In this document: piece by piece, positions 11,301 to 20,632 of the stretch | How positions within the stretch are numbered: the first letter of the stretch is position 1 | How the letters are laid out: each line of letters starts with the position of its first letter | Origin: a virus | IMG/VR virus record: IMGVR_UViG_3300009151_009564 | Span: 1 to 64,000 of that record | DNA length: 64,000 nucleotides | Direction: 5' to 3' (one strand) | The notes under the pieces: generated by a model | What the model was told of the DNA's origin: nothing | Database searches by the model: none | Seen by the model: the letters and a program-made list of their open reading frames with translations, nothing else | Made by a program: the position numbers and the translations under genes

Positions 11301-12411
11301 TGCTACTAGTGTAACAGCTTCAGCTGGAGTTATTCCACCAAATGATTCATCATGGACTAGGATTTATAGTATGGTGGCTGATACTGATTATAAGTATGGT
11401 ACTACTTTCTCTCGTAATAATATAATACATTTTAATAATAGGTATTATTGGTGTAATGATTTATTACCGTTGACAACTAATGTTAACCAAACATTGGATA
11501 ATGGTATAGTAGTTTACTTTAATAAAAAGTGGCAAAACGTATTGGTAAACATTTATGTTAATGATAATACGTATAGTAAGTTAGCTAATACGGATAGAGA
11601 TGATCTTTATACTGATATACATTCTAAATTATCAGCTGCTAATTTTATGACTGCTATAAATGATCTTTCTAATAAATATGACTTTAGTGATTACATAAAG
11701 TATGTTATTATTAATGATGATAACAGTTTAAATATTTATGACTTTAAGAATCTATCTTCAATAAAGAACTTACCAGTGTTATTAACATGTGAAGGACCGG
11801 ATGAGTTTTACTCAAGGGTTCAATCAATAACTATATCACCGGTTAGTCTTGAGAGTAGTCAAATTAAACCTAAACGTAAGCTACCCGATGGTAATATTGA
11901 CTCATTAGATCAGTTAAACTATTTTAATGATATCCACTTGGCAACTACTATTGAAAGACGAACAGATGATACCAAGATAATACCAAACTACAGTGGTTTA
12001 AAGAATGAAGTGTTTAATATAATGAATAGACACAGTGGTCCTTATGATCCTATATTCCACACCATAGAGCTATTTAAAACTCATACGGCTACATATAGTT
12101 ATGATAACTATCAGTTTGATGTTGATTTAACTCATTTTGGTACAATAAAAGAGAGAGTTGTATCTAAAGTTAATAGAAGTAAGAATATCTTAAAACTAAG
12201 AAACAATCCAAATCTATCATCAGTTTATCCTATGTTGGATGAGTATGGATATCATACCACTGATTTTTATATATTCAAACCTACTTGGGATTTTGAGTAT
12301 CATATTGAGTGTGTAGATGTACCTCAGTTAGCACCAGTGGTTGCTAATCAGTCTTTGGTATTCCCGGTTGTTAATAACAACTCAAATAATAATAATTTAA
12401 ATCTATTATAA
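8347..12411 (+). CDS. large putative virion/tail protein with CBM5/12-like repeats
   Basis: 1354 aa; repeats such as WKHDQIYTSGSVVSWNEILW, WNPNLSYDMGDVVLYNNTTW and SGHYVVYNDVVY. Confidence 0.6.
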   Translation: MKSHAILRTNVGLTSNVKLMVGSTYSLYLDSIESDPALAATRYKKLQFTKDNFWDELLPHFYKNTPINTAFMVKFDNDNDKMATDFSKQYDDLYCYGARNIVNNKDYDEEYEYFAPLYIKKSKLPKKFVIFRIDGPGLNVHDKSNFYSEIVSNLKCIKMFDLTRATELGEWIETNITKNKNYPTNSFYMDFRPSEFSSWFGVDYEDGGYSEKAFMLDAMLQYENTYHDFEKMIYDGFKNNKVIYPHIINFSFLFNDTPATPTSLRRWSLNRYLGFYLDDLTLKTWVSPYELPNIKSDAIIDNYNVLSSPTGDAFVDTFKKNEFPYIEVNGEFYKIERYSTTENQVIRVETSPGTFQDILSPVSTTKYKIIANVSLAGLQSTINKNLILIDSSTGKNRLSYYNGNTFVIDGFENADVWLIQIGDMFHNIVKNQDGEYYIQSDYAFSQSLEKFDYYVNDPDPKYRTSIDLKITSDNVITKFGIYSCKFSDIKDFDTDIIETKFAKHEYEKKAELTLTDEPKFHTINHQSLTHPKDLNDYKISGVVTNIPAASEYTANAETFRLVDNKLSTIWRKNSERLKWGFKGSVSANDYPYLLNNSFSAEDHNRTTNVFAMHPHRPDRNLDYFMSVNSSSKDYLHHSLHVQKHLPTGEIDTSFNFELDKYLGVNYDLDYFDYFFSMKSYFDGGNITANTAKYSYFNTGDNVTPNLTLYRGMKFKISDVDTVKITNGQIENINLKNSNNWEDYRFGVLISKNNWVVNSVIDNLNIGTISYTQNILQWNIIDNWKHDQIYTSGSVVSWNEILWISTTQSQIIDPNYDPSNSSDWQLFTYYNLLSYPTIFWSPAFDGTNPTSSNNMYGQFSGNLPPLVWNSGEYYYSTGASGSNFWNPNLSYDMGDVVLYNNTTWISNTSSNTITPGNQLFTLTTPYVDSNGVTISYQPYWSSTSTSSTIWNVVELWKQDFLYTPTDTNWSSSFDSGHYVVYNDVVYATSVTASAGVIPPNDSSWTRIYSMVADTDYKYGTTFSRNNIIHFNNRYYWCNDLLPLTTNVNQTLDNGIVVYFNKKWQNVLVNIYVNDNTYSKLANTDRDDLYTDIHSKLSAANFMTAINDLSNKYDFSDYIKYVIINDDNSLNIYDFKNLSSIKNLPVLLTCEGPDEFYSRVQSITISPVSLESSQIKPKRKLPDGNIDSLDQLNYFNDIHLATTIERRTDDTKIIPNYSGLKNEVFNIMNRHSGPYDPIFHTIELFKTHTATYSYDNYQFDVDLTHFGTIKERVVSKVNRSKNILKLRNNPNLSSVYPMLDEYGYHTTDFYIFKPTWDFEYHIECVDVPQLAPVVANQSLVFPVVNNNSNNNNLNLL

Positions 12412-13100
12412 TGAAAAGAAACTATATAAGTCCGGAGTTTATTTATCAAAAAGTACATGGTAGTCTCAACATGGTTGAACATAGTTCTTTTTTTGGATCG
12501 AAAATGTTATCTATTGATGATAGTGTATCAATACTAAATGATAATATCATTTATTATCAACTTGCTAGTGGTGAGCAGTTAGATTTCAACTCTGAAAGTT
12601 CTTTACCACAGGTTATATACGATGCTGTTTTGGATAAGAAATCAAATCATACTTTAATATTAGACCCAGCTCAAACTGATATTCAAAAGGAAGGTAATGC
12701 TGCTTGGATACTAGATGTTAATCTTAAAAGTGTTTTAACTGATTATATTTTTGCTACATTAAAAAAGTGGCGTACATTCGAGGGTATTAGAAATAATATG
12801 ACTATTGGTAATAATGTTGACTCCTCTATAAAACAGTATATTACTGCTAATGTTATTGATAGATATAAGTTTACAAAACTAGAGTTATTTATTAAATCAG
12901 TAGATTTAGTAAATGTAGGTGGTCTTAAATATGATAATGTTTATGATGTTAGTATAGATTTATCAAATAATCTTTTTACTAAGTTTCAAACTATAACTGA
13001 CTCATATGATAAGGATTTAAGGGTTAAGTTTTATCAACCAGATCCAGCTGGTTTATATGCTTTTAATTATTATTTTAATTTATATTTTGATAGAGTGTAA
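12411..13100 (+). CDS. hypothetical (putative structural) protein
   Basis: 229 aa ORF coupled by TAATG to the preceding gene. Confidence 0.65.
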   Translation: MKRNYISPEFIYQKVHGSLNMVEHSSFFGSKMLSIDDSVSILNDNIIYYQLASGEQLDFNSESSLPQVIYDAVLDKKSNHTLILDPAQTDIQKEGNAAWILDVNLKSVLTDYIFATLKKWRTFEGIRNNMTIGNNVDSSIKQYITANVIDRYKFTKLELFIKSVDLVNVGGLKYDNVYDVSIDLSNNLFTKFQTITDSYDKDLRVKFYQPDPAGLYAFNYYFNLYFDRV

Positions 13101-13133
13101 AAAACTTTTATCTTGTGACAACATATACATACT

Positions 13134-13541
13134 ATGGAAGAATTTAAAAATAATGAACAGTTATATCGCAATCTAATCGCGGTACTGAAACTATTTAAGA
13201 ATCGTCCTTATCATTTAGCAAAGTACTTCATAGAAAATGACGCTTTTAATGATAGGTTTATTAATAAGTTACTTGAGAGTGATAAACTCAATGAGATCGG
13301 ACAAGAAGAGTCGAAAGCTCTTGTAAAAGCAGTCTATTTTGTTGATATATCTCAAATGACTGACTATTTCAATTCTCTTACTCAAGAAGACTTTAAATCG
13401 AAAAGAAAGTCTATTAGTAATCTAACACCAGAACAACTTAATCAAAAACTGGAACAATATCTTAAAGAAGAAAGATATGAGGATGCTATACGCATTCGTG
13501 ATTATATGGTTAAACGTAATATTAAAAGAAATTCTGAATAA
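13134..13541 (+). CDS. UVR (UvrB/UvrC/ClpC) motif protein
   Basis: C-terminal LEQYLKEERYEDAIRIRDYM matches the UVR coiled-coil motif. Confidence 0.7.
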   Translation: MEEFKNNEQLYRNLIAVLKLFKNRPYHLAKYFIENDAFNDRFINKLLESDKLNEIGQEESKALVKAVYFVDISQMTDYFNSLTQEDFKSKRKSISNLTPEQLNQKLEQYLKEERYEDAIRIRDYMVKRNIKRNSE

Positions 13542-13600
13542 CTTTTAAACTTTTAACCTTCCTTAAATACAATAACTTGTAACTCTTTAAAAACAAATAT

Positions 13601-14695
13601 ATGGGTAAAAAAATAATGTACGGCGATCCTCGGAAAATGGATCTTGGAATTGACACGTTAGACATGTTCGATGACGTTGTTGTCGAAAAAGCTTTAGCTG
13701 AAAGAAATAAGCAACAAAAAGCTTATGACGCTTTTGAAATAAAAGCTCCAAAAGAAGGAACAGTTGCTAACGTGAAATACGTTGGCGTTAATGGAAACTA
13801 TTTAGTTTTTGATGGTGGATTCAAAGACTATGTTAGGATTGAAAATCGCCTTTCTGAGGCAAAATACCTCAAGAACACTAATATTGGTGATTCAGTAGAC
13901 GTTTATCTACTTGAAATAAACAACACCAACTTTATCATCAAGGGTTCAATAGCTGAACTATATGAAAGCAGAGCTCGTAAGAGTCTTACTTCTCTTGAAG
14001 AAGGAATATCTGTATCCGCTACAGTTCGTGAACTTACACCAGCTGGTTACAATGTTGACATCTCTTTTGAGGGTGTTACACTCCCAGGTTTTATGCCAAA
14101 TACATTGGCAGGTATCAACAAACTACACGATCCTATTTCGATTGTAGGTTTAACATTCGATGTTATGATCGAGTCTTTCTCAAGGGACGAAGGTACTTAC
14201 ATCGTGAGCCGTAGAAAGTATCTACAAACTCTTATTCCACACGCCATCAAGGAATTAAAACATGGTCATGTTTATACTGGTCACGTTACTGGTACTACTG
14301 ACTTCGGTGTATTCGTTGAGTTTAACGATTGTCTTACTGGTATGATCCATAAGACAAATATTGACCCAGCTTGGTCTGATAGATTGACTTCAATCACTCC
14401 AGGTTTCCAGATTGAGTTCTATATCAAGGAAATCATTAAGGATAAGATTATTCTTACACAAATCCTTCGTGAGTCTCTTTGGGACACAATCAAGATAGGT
14501 CAGACTATCTCTGGTAAGGTAAGGGATATCAAACCATTCGGAGCATTGGTTATTCTTGACGAAGAAACTAACGGATTGGTTCACACGTCTGAACTTGAAA
14601 AGAGTTCACGTAAGTTAACAAGTGGTGAAACCGTAAAGGTAAAAGTAATCGCTGTTGATAGGTCAAATCGCAAAATTTTTCTTAGTGTAGCTTAA
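13601..14695 (+). CDS. rpsA: ribosomal protein S1-like protein (about four S1 domains)
   Basis: S1 repeats: GFMP...IVSRR, GHVTGTTDFGVFVEF...GMIHKT, GKVRDIKPFGALV...GLVHTSEL...VKVIAVDRSNRKIFLS. Confidence 0.9.
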   Translation: MGKKIMYGDPRKMDLGIDTLDMFDDVVVEKALAERNKQQKAYDAFEIKAPKEGTVANVKYVGVNGNYLVFDGGFKDYVRIENRLSEAKYLKNTNIGDSVDVYLLEINNTNFIIKGSIAELYESRARKSLTSLEEGISVSATVRELTPAGYNVDISFEGVTLPGFMPNTLAGINKLHDPISIVGLTFDVMIESFSRDEGTYIVSRRKYLQTLIPHAIKELKHGHVYTGHVTGTTDFGVFVEFNDCLTGMIHKTNIDPAWSDRLTSITPGFQIEFYIKEIIKDKIILTQILRESLWDTIKIGQTISGKVRDIKPFGALVILDEETNGLVHTSELEKSSRKLTSGETVKVKVIAVDRSNRKIFLSVA

Positions 14696-14714
14696 TACTT
14701 TTAGGAGTTAAAAT

Positions 14715-14744
14715 AAAAGTCCAGTTTTTATAGACTGGACTTTT
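14715..14744 (+). terminator. intrinsic terminator after the S1 gene
   Basis: AAAAGTCCAGT...ACTGGACTTTT hairpin followed by a T-rich tail. Confidence 0.8.
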
Positions 14745-14765
14745 GTATTTTAAATATATATCGGG

Positions 14766-16370
14766 ATGGCAAGAAAGAAATCCAACTCGAATAAGAAACA
14801 ACAACTCGGTCAGTTTATGACCCCTGATAACCTATCTAAAGACATTCTAGATAATATAACCTTCAGTAAAACAGATAAAGTATTAGAACCTTCATTTGGT
14901 GACGGTTCATTTCTAATAAAACTTATACACAAGTTTATACCTTTATACAAAAGTGGGACTATTCAAGATAAGCTTGAGTGGATTTTAAGCTATAACATAT
15001 GGGGATATGAGATAGATGAACTCATGTTTGACGATTGTGTAGATAAGATCATTGAGGAGTGGGGTTATATACCTAAGTCTAACAACTTACATTGTCAAGA
15101 CTTTCTAACATCTGAACTAAAAGTTGAGTTTGACTGGATAATTGGAAACCCACCATTCGGTGGTACAATAAGTCCAGAGTATGATAGAGATTTTGAAAGA
15201 CTATATGGACGTAGGAATAATGAAAAGATTAAAAAGGAAACCTATTCATATTTTATTGTTAAATGTGTTGAGTTGTTATCAGAAGATGGTAAACTAGTCT
15301 TTATATGTTCAGACACATTCAAAACCATTAAAACTATGGAAGGTTTAAGAAAATGGCTAATGACTATAGGATTTATAAATATCTACGATATTGGTTCTTT
15401 TTCCGAGGAAACAAAGTATTCCATGTTAGCATTTGAGTTTATTAATAATAAAATCGAGTCACATATTATAGTAAACAACAATATAATACCTTATGATAGT
15501 ATTTACTCAACTCCAAATACAAGTTGGTCTATTAACGAAGAGTTGTCGTCATTCTTTGGTGGTGAGTTATTAGGACATTATATAGTTTGTTCAGGTGGTT
15601 TAACAACCGGTAAAAATGAATACTTTATTAAGGACTTAGATACATCTACAATTCCATTTACTCTTATAGAGGAGTATAAATATACTTATTATGATGATAT
15701 GATTACTTTACATAATGAGTTAATGAGGGCTAAAAATAATATCCTTTCTAAGGAAAAGATAAGAGAGATAAAGAAGGCAGAAGAAAGAGGTGATACTATC
15801 ATAGATGTTGATATACAGAAGGTGGAACCTAAGACTATACAACTACCACATCCAGATTATTGTTATTATAATGTTTCAAGTCCTGATATTTTATGGTGTA
15901 ATCCAACTAAGGCTATTTACTGGGATGATGATGGAACAGCAGTTAGAACATTTAAAAGAAATGGTAACTGGTATTTACAGGGTATGGGTGGTCAGAAGTT
16001 CTATAAGAAGGAAGGTATGACTTGGCAACTTATTGCTAATAAGATAAGACCTCGTTATATACCGGAAGGTTATATCATAGATAATGGATCTCCGATTGCT
16101 ATTCTAAGAGAAGGTGTAGATGATATGGAGTTATATTTTATAATTGGATGGTGTCTTAGTAATAAGTGTAATGATATATTGAAAATGGTAATCAATCACA
16201 CTAGAAATATTCAGAATAAGGATATAGAAAAATTGCCCTACCCGACTTGGGTAGGACAATCAGATAAAATATTTATCAGTAAGTTTATCAAAGATAAAAT
16301 CTCAGATAAGAAGAGAGGGGTTCAAATAGATGAAGATCAAGTCATAGGGGTTATAAACCGTATGTTTTAA
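14766..16370 (+). CDS. N6-adenine DNA methyltransferase (gamma class, Eco57I/TaqI-like)
   Basis: GQFMTP, VLEPSFGDG and IIGNPPF motifs, plus a C-terminal TRD-like region. Confidence 0.9.
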   Translation: MARKKSNSNKKQQLGQFMTPDNLSKDILDNITFSKTDKVLEPSFGDGSFLIKLIHKFIPLYKSGTIQDKLEWILSYNIWGYEIDELMFDDCVDKIIEEWGYIPKSNNLHCQDFLTSELKVEFDWIIGNPPFGGTISPEYDRDFERLYGRRNNEKIKKETYSYFIVKCVELLSEDGKLVFICSDTFKTIKTMEGLRKWLMTIGFINIYDIGSFSEETKYSMLAFEFINNKIESHIIVNNNIIPYDSIYSTPNTSWSINEELSSFFGGELLGHYIVCSGGLTTGKNEYFIKDLDTSTIPFTLIEEYKYTYYDDMITLHNELMRAKNNILSKEKIREIKKAEERGDTIIDVDIQKVEPKTIQLPHPDYCYYNVSSPDILWCNPTKAIYWDDDGTAVRTFKRNGNWYLQGMGGQKFYKKEGMTWQLIANKIRPRYIPEGYIIDNGSPIAILREGVDDMELYFIIGWCLSNKCNDILKMVINHTRNIQNKDIEKLPYPTWVGQSDKIFISKFIKDKISDKKRGVQIDEDQVIGVINRMF

Positions 16371-17104
16371 ACCCAAGTTTCTAATATAGAAGTCAGGTTC
16401 TTTTCTAAAATCGGAGCAAAATCTTCTACTGTTAGAGAATAAAGTGAACCAGTCTTATTTGCTGCCCATTCTACAACAGTCATGTTATTCCTTGACTTAT
16501 CAAGCATAGCTTGTAATAAGCAAGTGATTAAAATTTTATCACGTTCAAATCCCTCAAAGTGATCGATTTTACGTTTTGTTTTATCAACTTTTTCTACACC
16601 GGTAGCTTCATCAAATACTTCTTTCAAGTGTAAATCACGAGCTTCCTGTGTTGATAGTTTTCTAAAAGTCCTTGAACTAAGCCATCTGTTGGAACCCTCT
16701 ATTTTTAGAAAGATATCATACCAATCATATGAAACACCTCCTTTTTTGATTACATTAACATCGGTTATCTTATAAGTTTTATCTTGTACAAGAGTTTTTG
16801 AGCTCTTGAACTTATAGACTACATAATCACCTGCTTTAGGTAAGTTATCCTCGTCAATCCAACCATCTCTCCAATTTGGTCGGGTAAATCCAGCAACTTG
16901 CCAGTTGATTTCTGGTATTGGAGTACCATCAGTTTGAGTAAAGTTATTTACACTAAATGAGGAATTTACTTCATCATTAATCTTGATGACTATATTTGGG
17001 TGAAAAAATTTATTACCACCAGGATTTTGGTTTTGTAAAGACAAAACATCATATATAACACCCTTTACTATTTGTTTGGTAGCTCTTTTACAAAGTACTT
17101 TCAT
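16367..17104 (-). CDS. hypothetical protein with internal RD-tag (RDLHLKEVF)
   Basis: 245 aa ORF overlapping the upstream gene. Confidence 0.75.
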   Translation of the reverse strand: MKVLCKRATKQIVKGVIYDVLSLQNQNPGGNKFFHPNIVIKINDEVNSSFSVNNFTQTDGTPIPEINWQVAGFTRPNWRDGWIDEDNLPKAGDYVVYKFKSSKTLVQDKTYKITDVNVIKKGGVSYDWYDIFLKIEGSNRWLSSRTFRKLSTQEARDLHLKEVFDEATGVEKVDKTKRKIDHFEGFERDKILITCLLQAMLDKSRNNMTVVEWAANKTGSLYSLTVEDFAPILEKNLTSILETWV

Positions 17105-17618
17105 TTTGAATATTTAATATTTTTAGCAGTTCTTCTTCTGGAATATGTGTGTAACGTGATTTAAGAATGTTCTTAATCAGTTCAAAATTATCTTTATTAG
17201 CAAATATATTGAAAATATCTGACTCCACAATTTCATCAACGAGTTGGTCTTTTTCATAAAGACCGAGTTGCATCAACTTTACATCACGAATTTTCTGTTG
17301 ATCAGTCATATCAAAGGTACAACCTTCGCAATCGGTGAGATATTTTTTATAACGAGTTATTTCACTTGCTGTAAGTGGTACTCTTATTTTCTGTGGGGAG
17401 GTTACTAAACCATCGACTATATCTTTTGCTTCTTTCAAACCCATTCCGGTTATATCTTTAATAACCTTAACTAGATTAAGCTTAGATGTACCAGTGGTAT
17501 AGATAGTTATATCAACACTATATCGGTGTTCTGTTGAAGTAACAGTTTCCTGACCACCAGACATATGTGTCCATATAGCGATATTTGATCGATCTGTTAT
17601 TATATGAACGTTACTCAT
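17088..17618 (-). CDS. protein with ribosomal L7/L12 C-terminal-like domain
   Basis: KLNLVKVIKDITGMGLKEAKDIVD signature, followed by RDVKLMQLG; promoter TTTG-N19-TATATTTG (17623-17653) 4 nt upstream. Confidence 0.8.
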   Translation of the reverse strand: MSNVHIITDRSNIAIWTHMSGGQETVTSTEHRYSVDITIYTTGTSKLNLVKVIKDITGMGLKEAKDIVDGLVTSPQKIRVPLTASEITRYKKYLTDCEGCTFDMTDQQKIRDVKLMQLGLYEKDQLVDEIVESDIFNIFANKDNFELIKNILKSRYTHIPEEELLKILNIQNESTL

Positions 17619-17691
17619 TTTACAAATATAATAAAATTTATCTTGAAAACAAAAGGATATTAATACATATAAATTAAAAATATAAATTTAT

Positions 17692-18033
17692 ATGTCCGAA
17701 CAACAACTAAATGACATGGAACCACAGGCAGAAGCTCCTGAATTAAGTCCAGAAGAACAAGAAAGGATTAACGAGATAAACGAACTAATCCAAGCTGAAA
17801 AATTAGATCCAACTACATCTATGAATATCTTAATCAATGCGGTTCAAGTATCTTTTGATAAACCACATTTTAATGATTTAGATCGTTATTTGATTGGTAA
17901 AGCACTTAACTGTTTCAAAGAGAAAGTAGACGCTGGTGAGAACTTTACTATTAATGTAACTGGTGAAGAAATGGAAACATCTGAAACATCTGAAACACCA
18001 CCAATTGAAACTCCAACTCAATTTGAGTTCTAA
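17692..18033 (+). CDS. acidic hypothetical protein
   Basis: 113 aa ORF, E/P-rich termini. Confidence 0.7.
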   Translation: MSEQQLNDMEPQAEAPELSPEEQERINEINELIQAEKLDPTTSMNILINAVQVSFDKPHFNDLDRYLIGKALNCFKEKVDAGENFTINVTGEEMETSETSETPPIETPTQFEF

Positions 18034-18684
18034 TTACATCATCATGTTTTTATAACTTTCGGTTCTATTATAATCATGATAGTCCGGTGTACCCCTCTTC
18101 AAGAGAGCTTTATTGATATTGTTAAGCTGTATCGTTAAGCTCTCTTGTCGATGTTTATAAGAAGTATCAGCAGAACCATAGTTATGAATAGTATAACTTG
18201 CTTTTTTACTTTTTAAGACTTCATCCATCTCACCGTAAAGTATTTCATCTATTTTAGAATCCGGTAAATCTGTTTCATCAAGTAAATCATTCTTCCTAAG
18301 ATTAGACGGTCTTAGAGTTGAGATTGTAAAGTTCATAGACTCATCCAACTTCCGTTCAAATAGAACAGAACATTTAAAAATAGTATAGATAGAGTTCCAG
18401 TGACGTATTCTCCACTTCTCATACATCTTAATGAGGTCAAGTTGAATAATATCCAATAGTTTATCCATACCTTCTGTATCAATTTTCTTGAGGTCAATAA
18501 GTCCGAAGTAATAAATGTCTTTACCAAACTTATCTTCAATACGTTTAATATATTTATTAGAATAGTTAATCATGAACTTAATGGCTAAGTCCGCATCAAA
18601 TACAGGTACACCCATTTCTTCGAACATATCGGAGACTTCATTATAACCAGAATAGTAGTTTCCTGTTAAACCAACTTTAAGCAT
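18034..18684 (-). CDS. dephospho-CoA kinase-like protein with degenerate P-loop
   Basis: MLKVGLTGNYYSGY...GVPVFDAD...FG...; start moved to 18684 because TATTTTTG (18699-18706) lies inside the longer ORF call. Confidence 0.75.
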   Translation of the reverse strand: MLKVGLTGNYYSGYNEVSDMFEEMGVPVFDADLAIKFMINYSNKYIKRIEDKFGKDIYYFGLIDLKKIDTEGMDKLLDIIQLDLIKMYEKWRIRHWNSIYTIFKCSVLFERKLDESMNFTISTLRPSNLRKNDLLDETDLPDSKIDEILYGEMDEVLKSKKASYTIHNYGSADTSYKHRQESLTIQLNNINKALLKRGTPDYHDYNRTESYKNMMM

Positions 18685-18750
18685 TTCTTGTTTTTTTACA
18701 AAAATAATCATTTTTGACTAACTAAAAAAATCATATATACTATAACACTT

Positions 18751-19713
18751 ATGAAATGGACACCCCAACAATTAGCCTTTATACTTTATAACAACCGTTC
18801 TGTAGAAGGAGTGGTTCAAAACTTTTTACCTATTATTAACGGATTTGAAATGATCGATTTAGAAAAAAAACTTGATTGGTGTAAAGGTTTTTATGAACAG
18901 AATCAACGATTTCTTGAGATCGAATCTTCTAGATTAGATCTAACATCAGATGACGTTATAGTCACTAAACAAGAGTTAGAAGATTTAAGCCAAATAGTAT
19001 TAGATAGTCATATCAATCTATCAGGTATAGAGTTGGAATACTTATTAAATCGTGGTATTACCAAAGACATTATAGATAAATATAAAATCGGTGGTTTGTC
19101 TTTTATTAAAGATCTTAAACATTTGGAGATCCTGAACGCTACTTGTCATCCAATACTTAAACCGATTTTAGAAGATGGTATAGAAGGTGGTGGAATAATA
19201 ATACCGTTATGGAATGGTGATGTGTTAGAAAACTGTGCTATTAGAAAACTATCGGATATAGGTAAGTTGAAATACTCGTTAGCCTGTCCTGATTTACCAG
19301 TCTGGGGGTTGGATTCATTTAATTCAGGAGAGGATGTTTGGATTTGTGAAGGGTTATTTGATATGATGGCTTTACATAATTTAGGATTTAGAGCAGTTTC
19401 GGTATCAAGTGCTATGTGGTCTGGTCCCCAGTTATGGTCTCTTTTACAAAAGAAACCTGGGTTTATTCATATATTATGTGATAAAGATCAAGTTGGATTA
19501 AAAACCGGTTTGATTTTATCAAAATTCTTTAATATATCCGGAATTCCAAATCATACATGTATATGTAACTCTGGTAAAGATGCTGCTGAAATATTATTTG
19601 AGAAGAAGTTGGATATGGACGATATTGATATCATACATATAACAAAGGAAATGATAGAGAAACAAGATGATAGCTTTAACTTCTTAAAGTATTTAGAAAA
19701 TCGTAGGTTTTAA
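18751..19713 (+). CDS. DnaG-like TOPRIM primase (no evident Zn finger)
   Basis: YLLNRGI, IIIPL, KY, VWICEGLFD, CDKDQVG, KDAAE. Confidence 0.8.
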   Translation: MKWTPQQLAFILYNNRSVEGVVQNFLPIINGFEMIDLEKKLDWCKGFYEQNQRFLEIESSRLDLTSDDVIVTKQELEDLSQIVLDSHINLSGIELEYLLNRGITKDIIDKYKIGGLSFIKDLKHLEILNATCHPILKPILEDGIEGGGIIIPLWNGDVLENCAIRKLSDIGKLKYSLACPDLPVWGLDSFNSGEDVWICEGLFDMMALHNLGFRAVSVSSAMWSGPQLWSLLQKKPGFIHILCDKDQVGLKTGLILSKFFNISGIPNHTCICNSGKDAAEILFEKKLDMDDIDIIHITKEMIEKQDDSFNFLKYLENRRF

Positions 19714-19729
19714 TTTAATATATAGGTAT

Positions 19730-20632
19730 ATGATTAAAAAATATCAAAAGTTCTTAGAGGAACTAACCATTACAATGGAACTAAATCCTCAGGAAGCATT
19801 TAGATCTTTTGTTGAGATTTTGAATATGGTTATTCGTAAATTACGTGACGATTCTAAAAATGGTGAAGTGCTTAATGGTCTTTCGTCATACTCAGATGTT
19901 GCTAAACAAAAAAGGAAATGGAATAAAAATTGGACATCATTTACTATACTCGAACAACCAGATCCAGAGGATAATTTTAAACAGATTAATGATTTAATGT
20001 CTAAAAAGGGTTGGAATTTTGAAGTAGTTAAACAACTTATTAGTGAGTTCCCTAACTTTTGGCATGAAATATCTCATGCTATACGACCTGATCCAGGTGA
20101 GGATATTGAAAGATTAAGTGTATGTGCGGTAGTTGATTATTATTTATATAAATTATCTGAAGGTAAATGGCAGTTAGGTGGTCAAACTTGGGGTATTAAG
20201 CCTGATGATTCGGATAGATTCCCAGATCCATACACAAATGAAGTTTTATTTAAGGTAGGATATGGTTGGCATAAAACACCATATGGTCAATTGTTTATTA
20301 ATCAAATGTTTAAAGAAAGGGGTATTAAAGGATTTTTAGAAAAAGCTTTATATTATGCTCCTAAATTTATTGGTGATTTATTATCAAGAAGTCTTGGATA
20401 TGCTGAGGAAAGTTTATATGATCTCGATGAGGAGGAAGGATTTAGTGATTGCTTTACAGTAGAGGGAGGTTCCTGTTATATAGAAACTGATACTCTTTGG
20501 GAGTTCTTAAAAGACACAGTAGCTCATAAGAAACTTGACTATAAGTCGTTTATTGATCTAATCAAGAAAAAGGTAGAAGAAGACGGATTTAAAACATTAT
20601 ACACTACAAACTCATTAAAAATCTATATATGA
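19730..20632 (+). CDS. hypothetical protein with capsid-targeting-like N-terminus (MIKKYQKFLEE)
   Basis: 300 aa; TAATATATA 5 nt upstream; paralogue of the next gene. Confidence 0.75.
   Translation: MIKKYQKFLEELTITMELNPQEAFRSFVEILNMVIRKLRDDSKNGEVLNGLSSYSDVAKQKRKWNKNWTSFTILEQPDPEDNFKQINDLMSKKGWNFEVVKQLISEFPNFWHEISHAIRPDPGEDIERLSVCAVVDYYLYKLSEGKWQLGGQTWGIKPDDSDRFPDPYTNEVLFKVGYGWHKTPYGQLFINQMFKERGIKGFLEKALYYAPKFIGDLLSRSLGYAEESLYDLDEEEGFSDCFTVEGGSCYIETDTLWEFLKDTVAHKKLDYKSFIDLIKKKVEEDGFKTLYTTNSLKIYI

Noticed and set aside
17968-18020. Short GAAACATCT tandem repeat at the end of ORF 17692
   Set aside because: It is a low-complexity coding repeat (ETSETSET) with no sign of a separate function.
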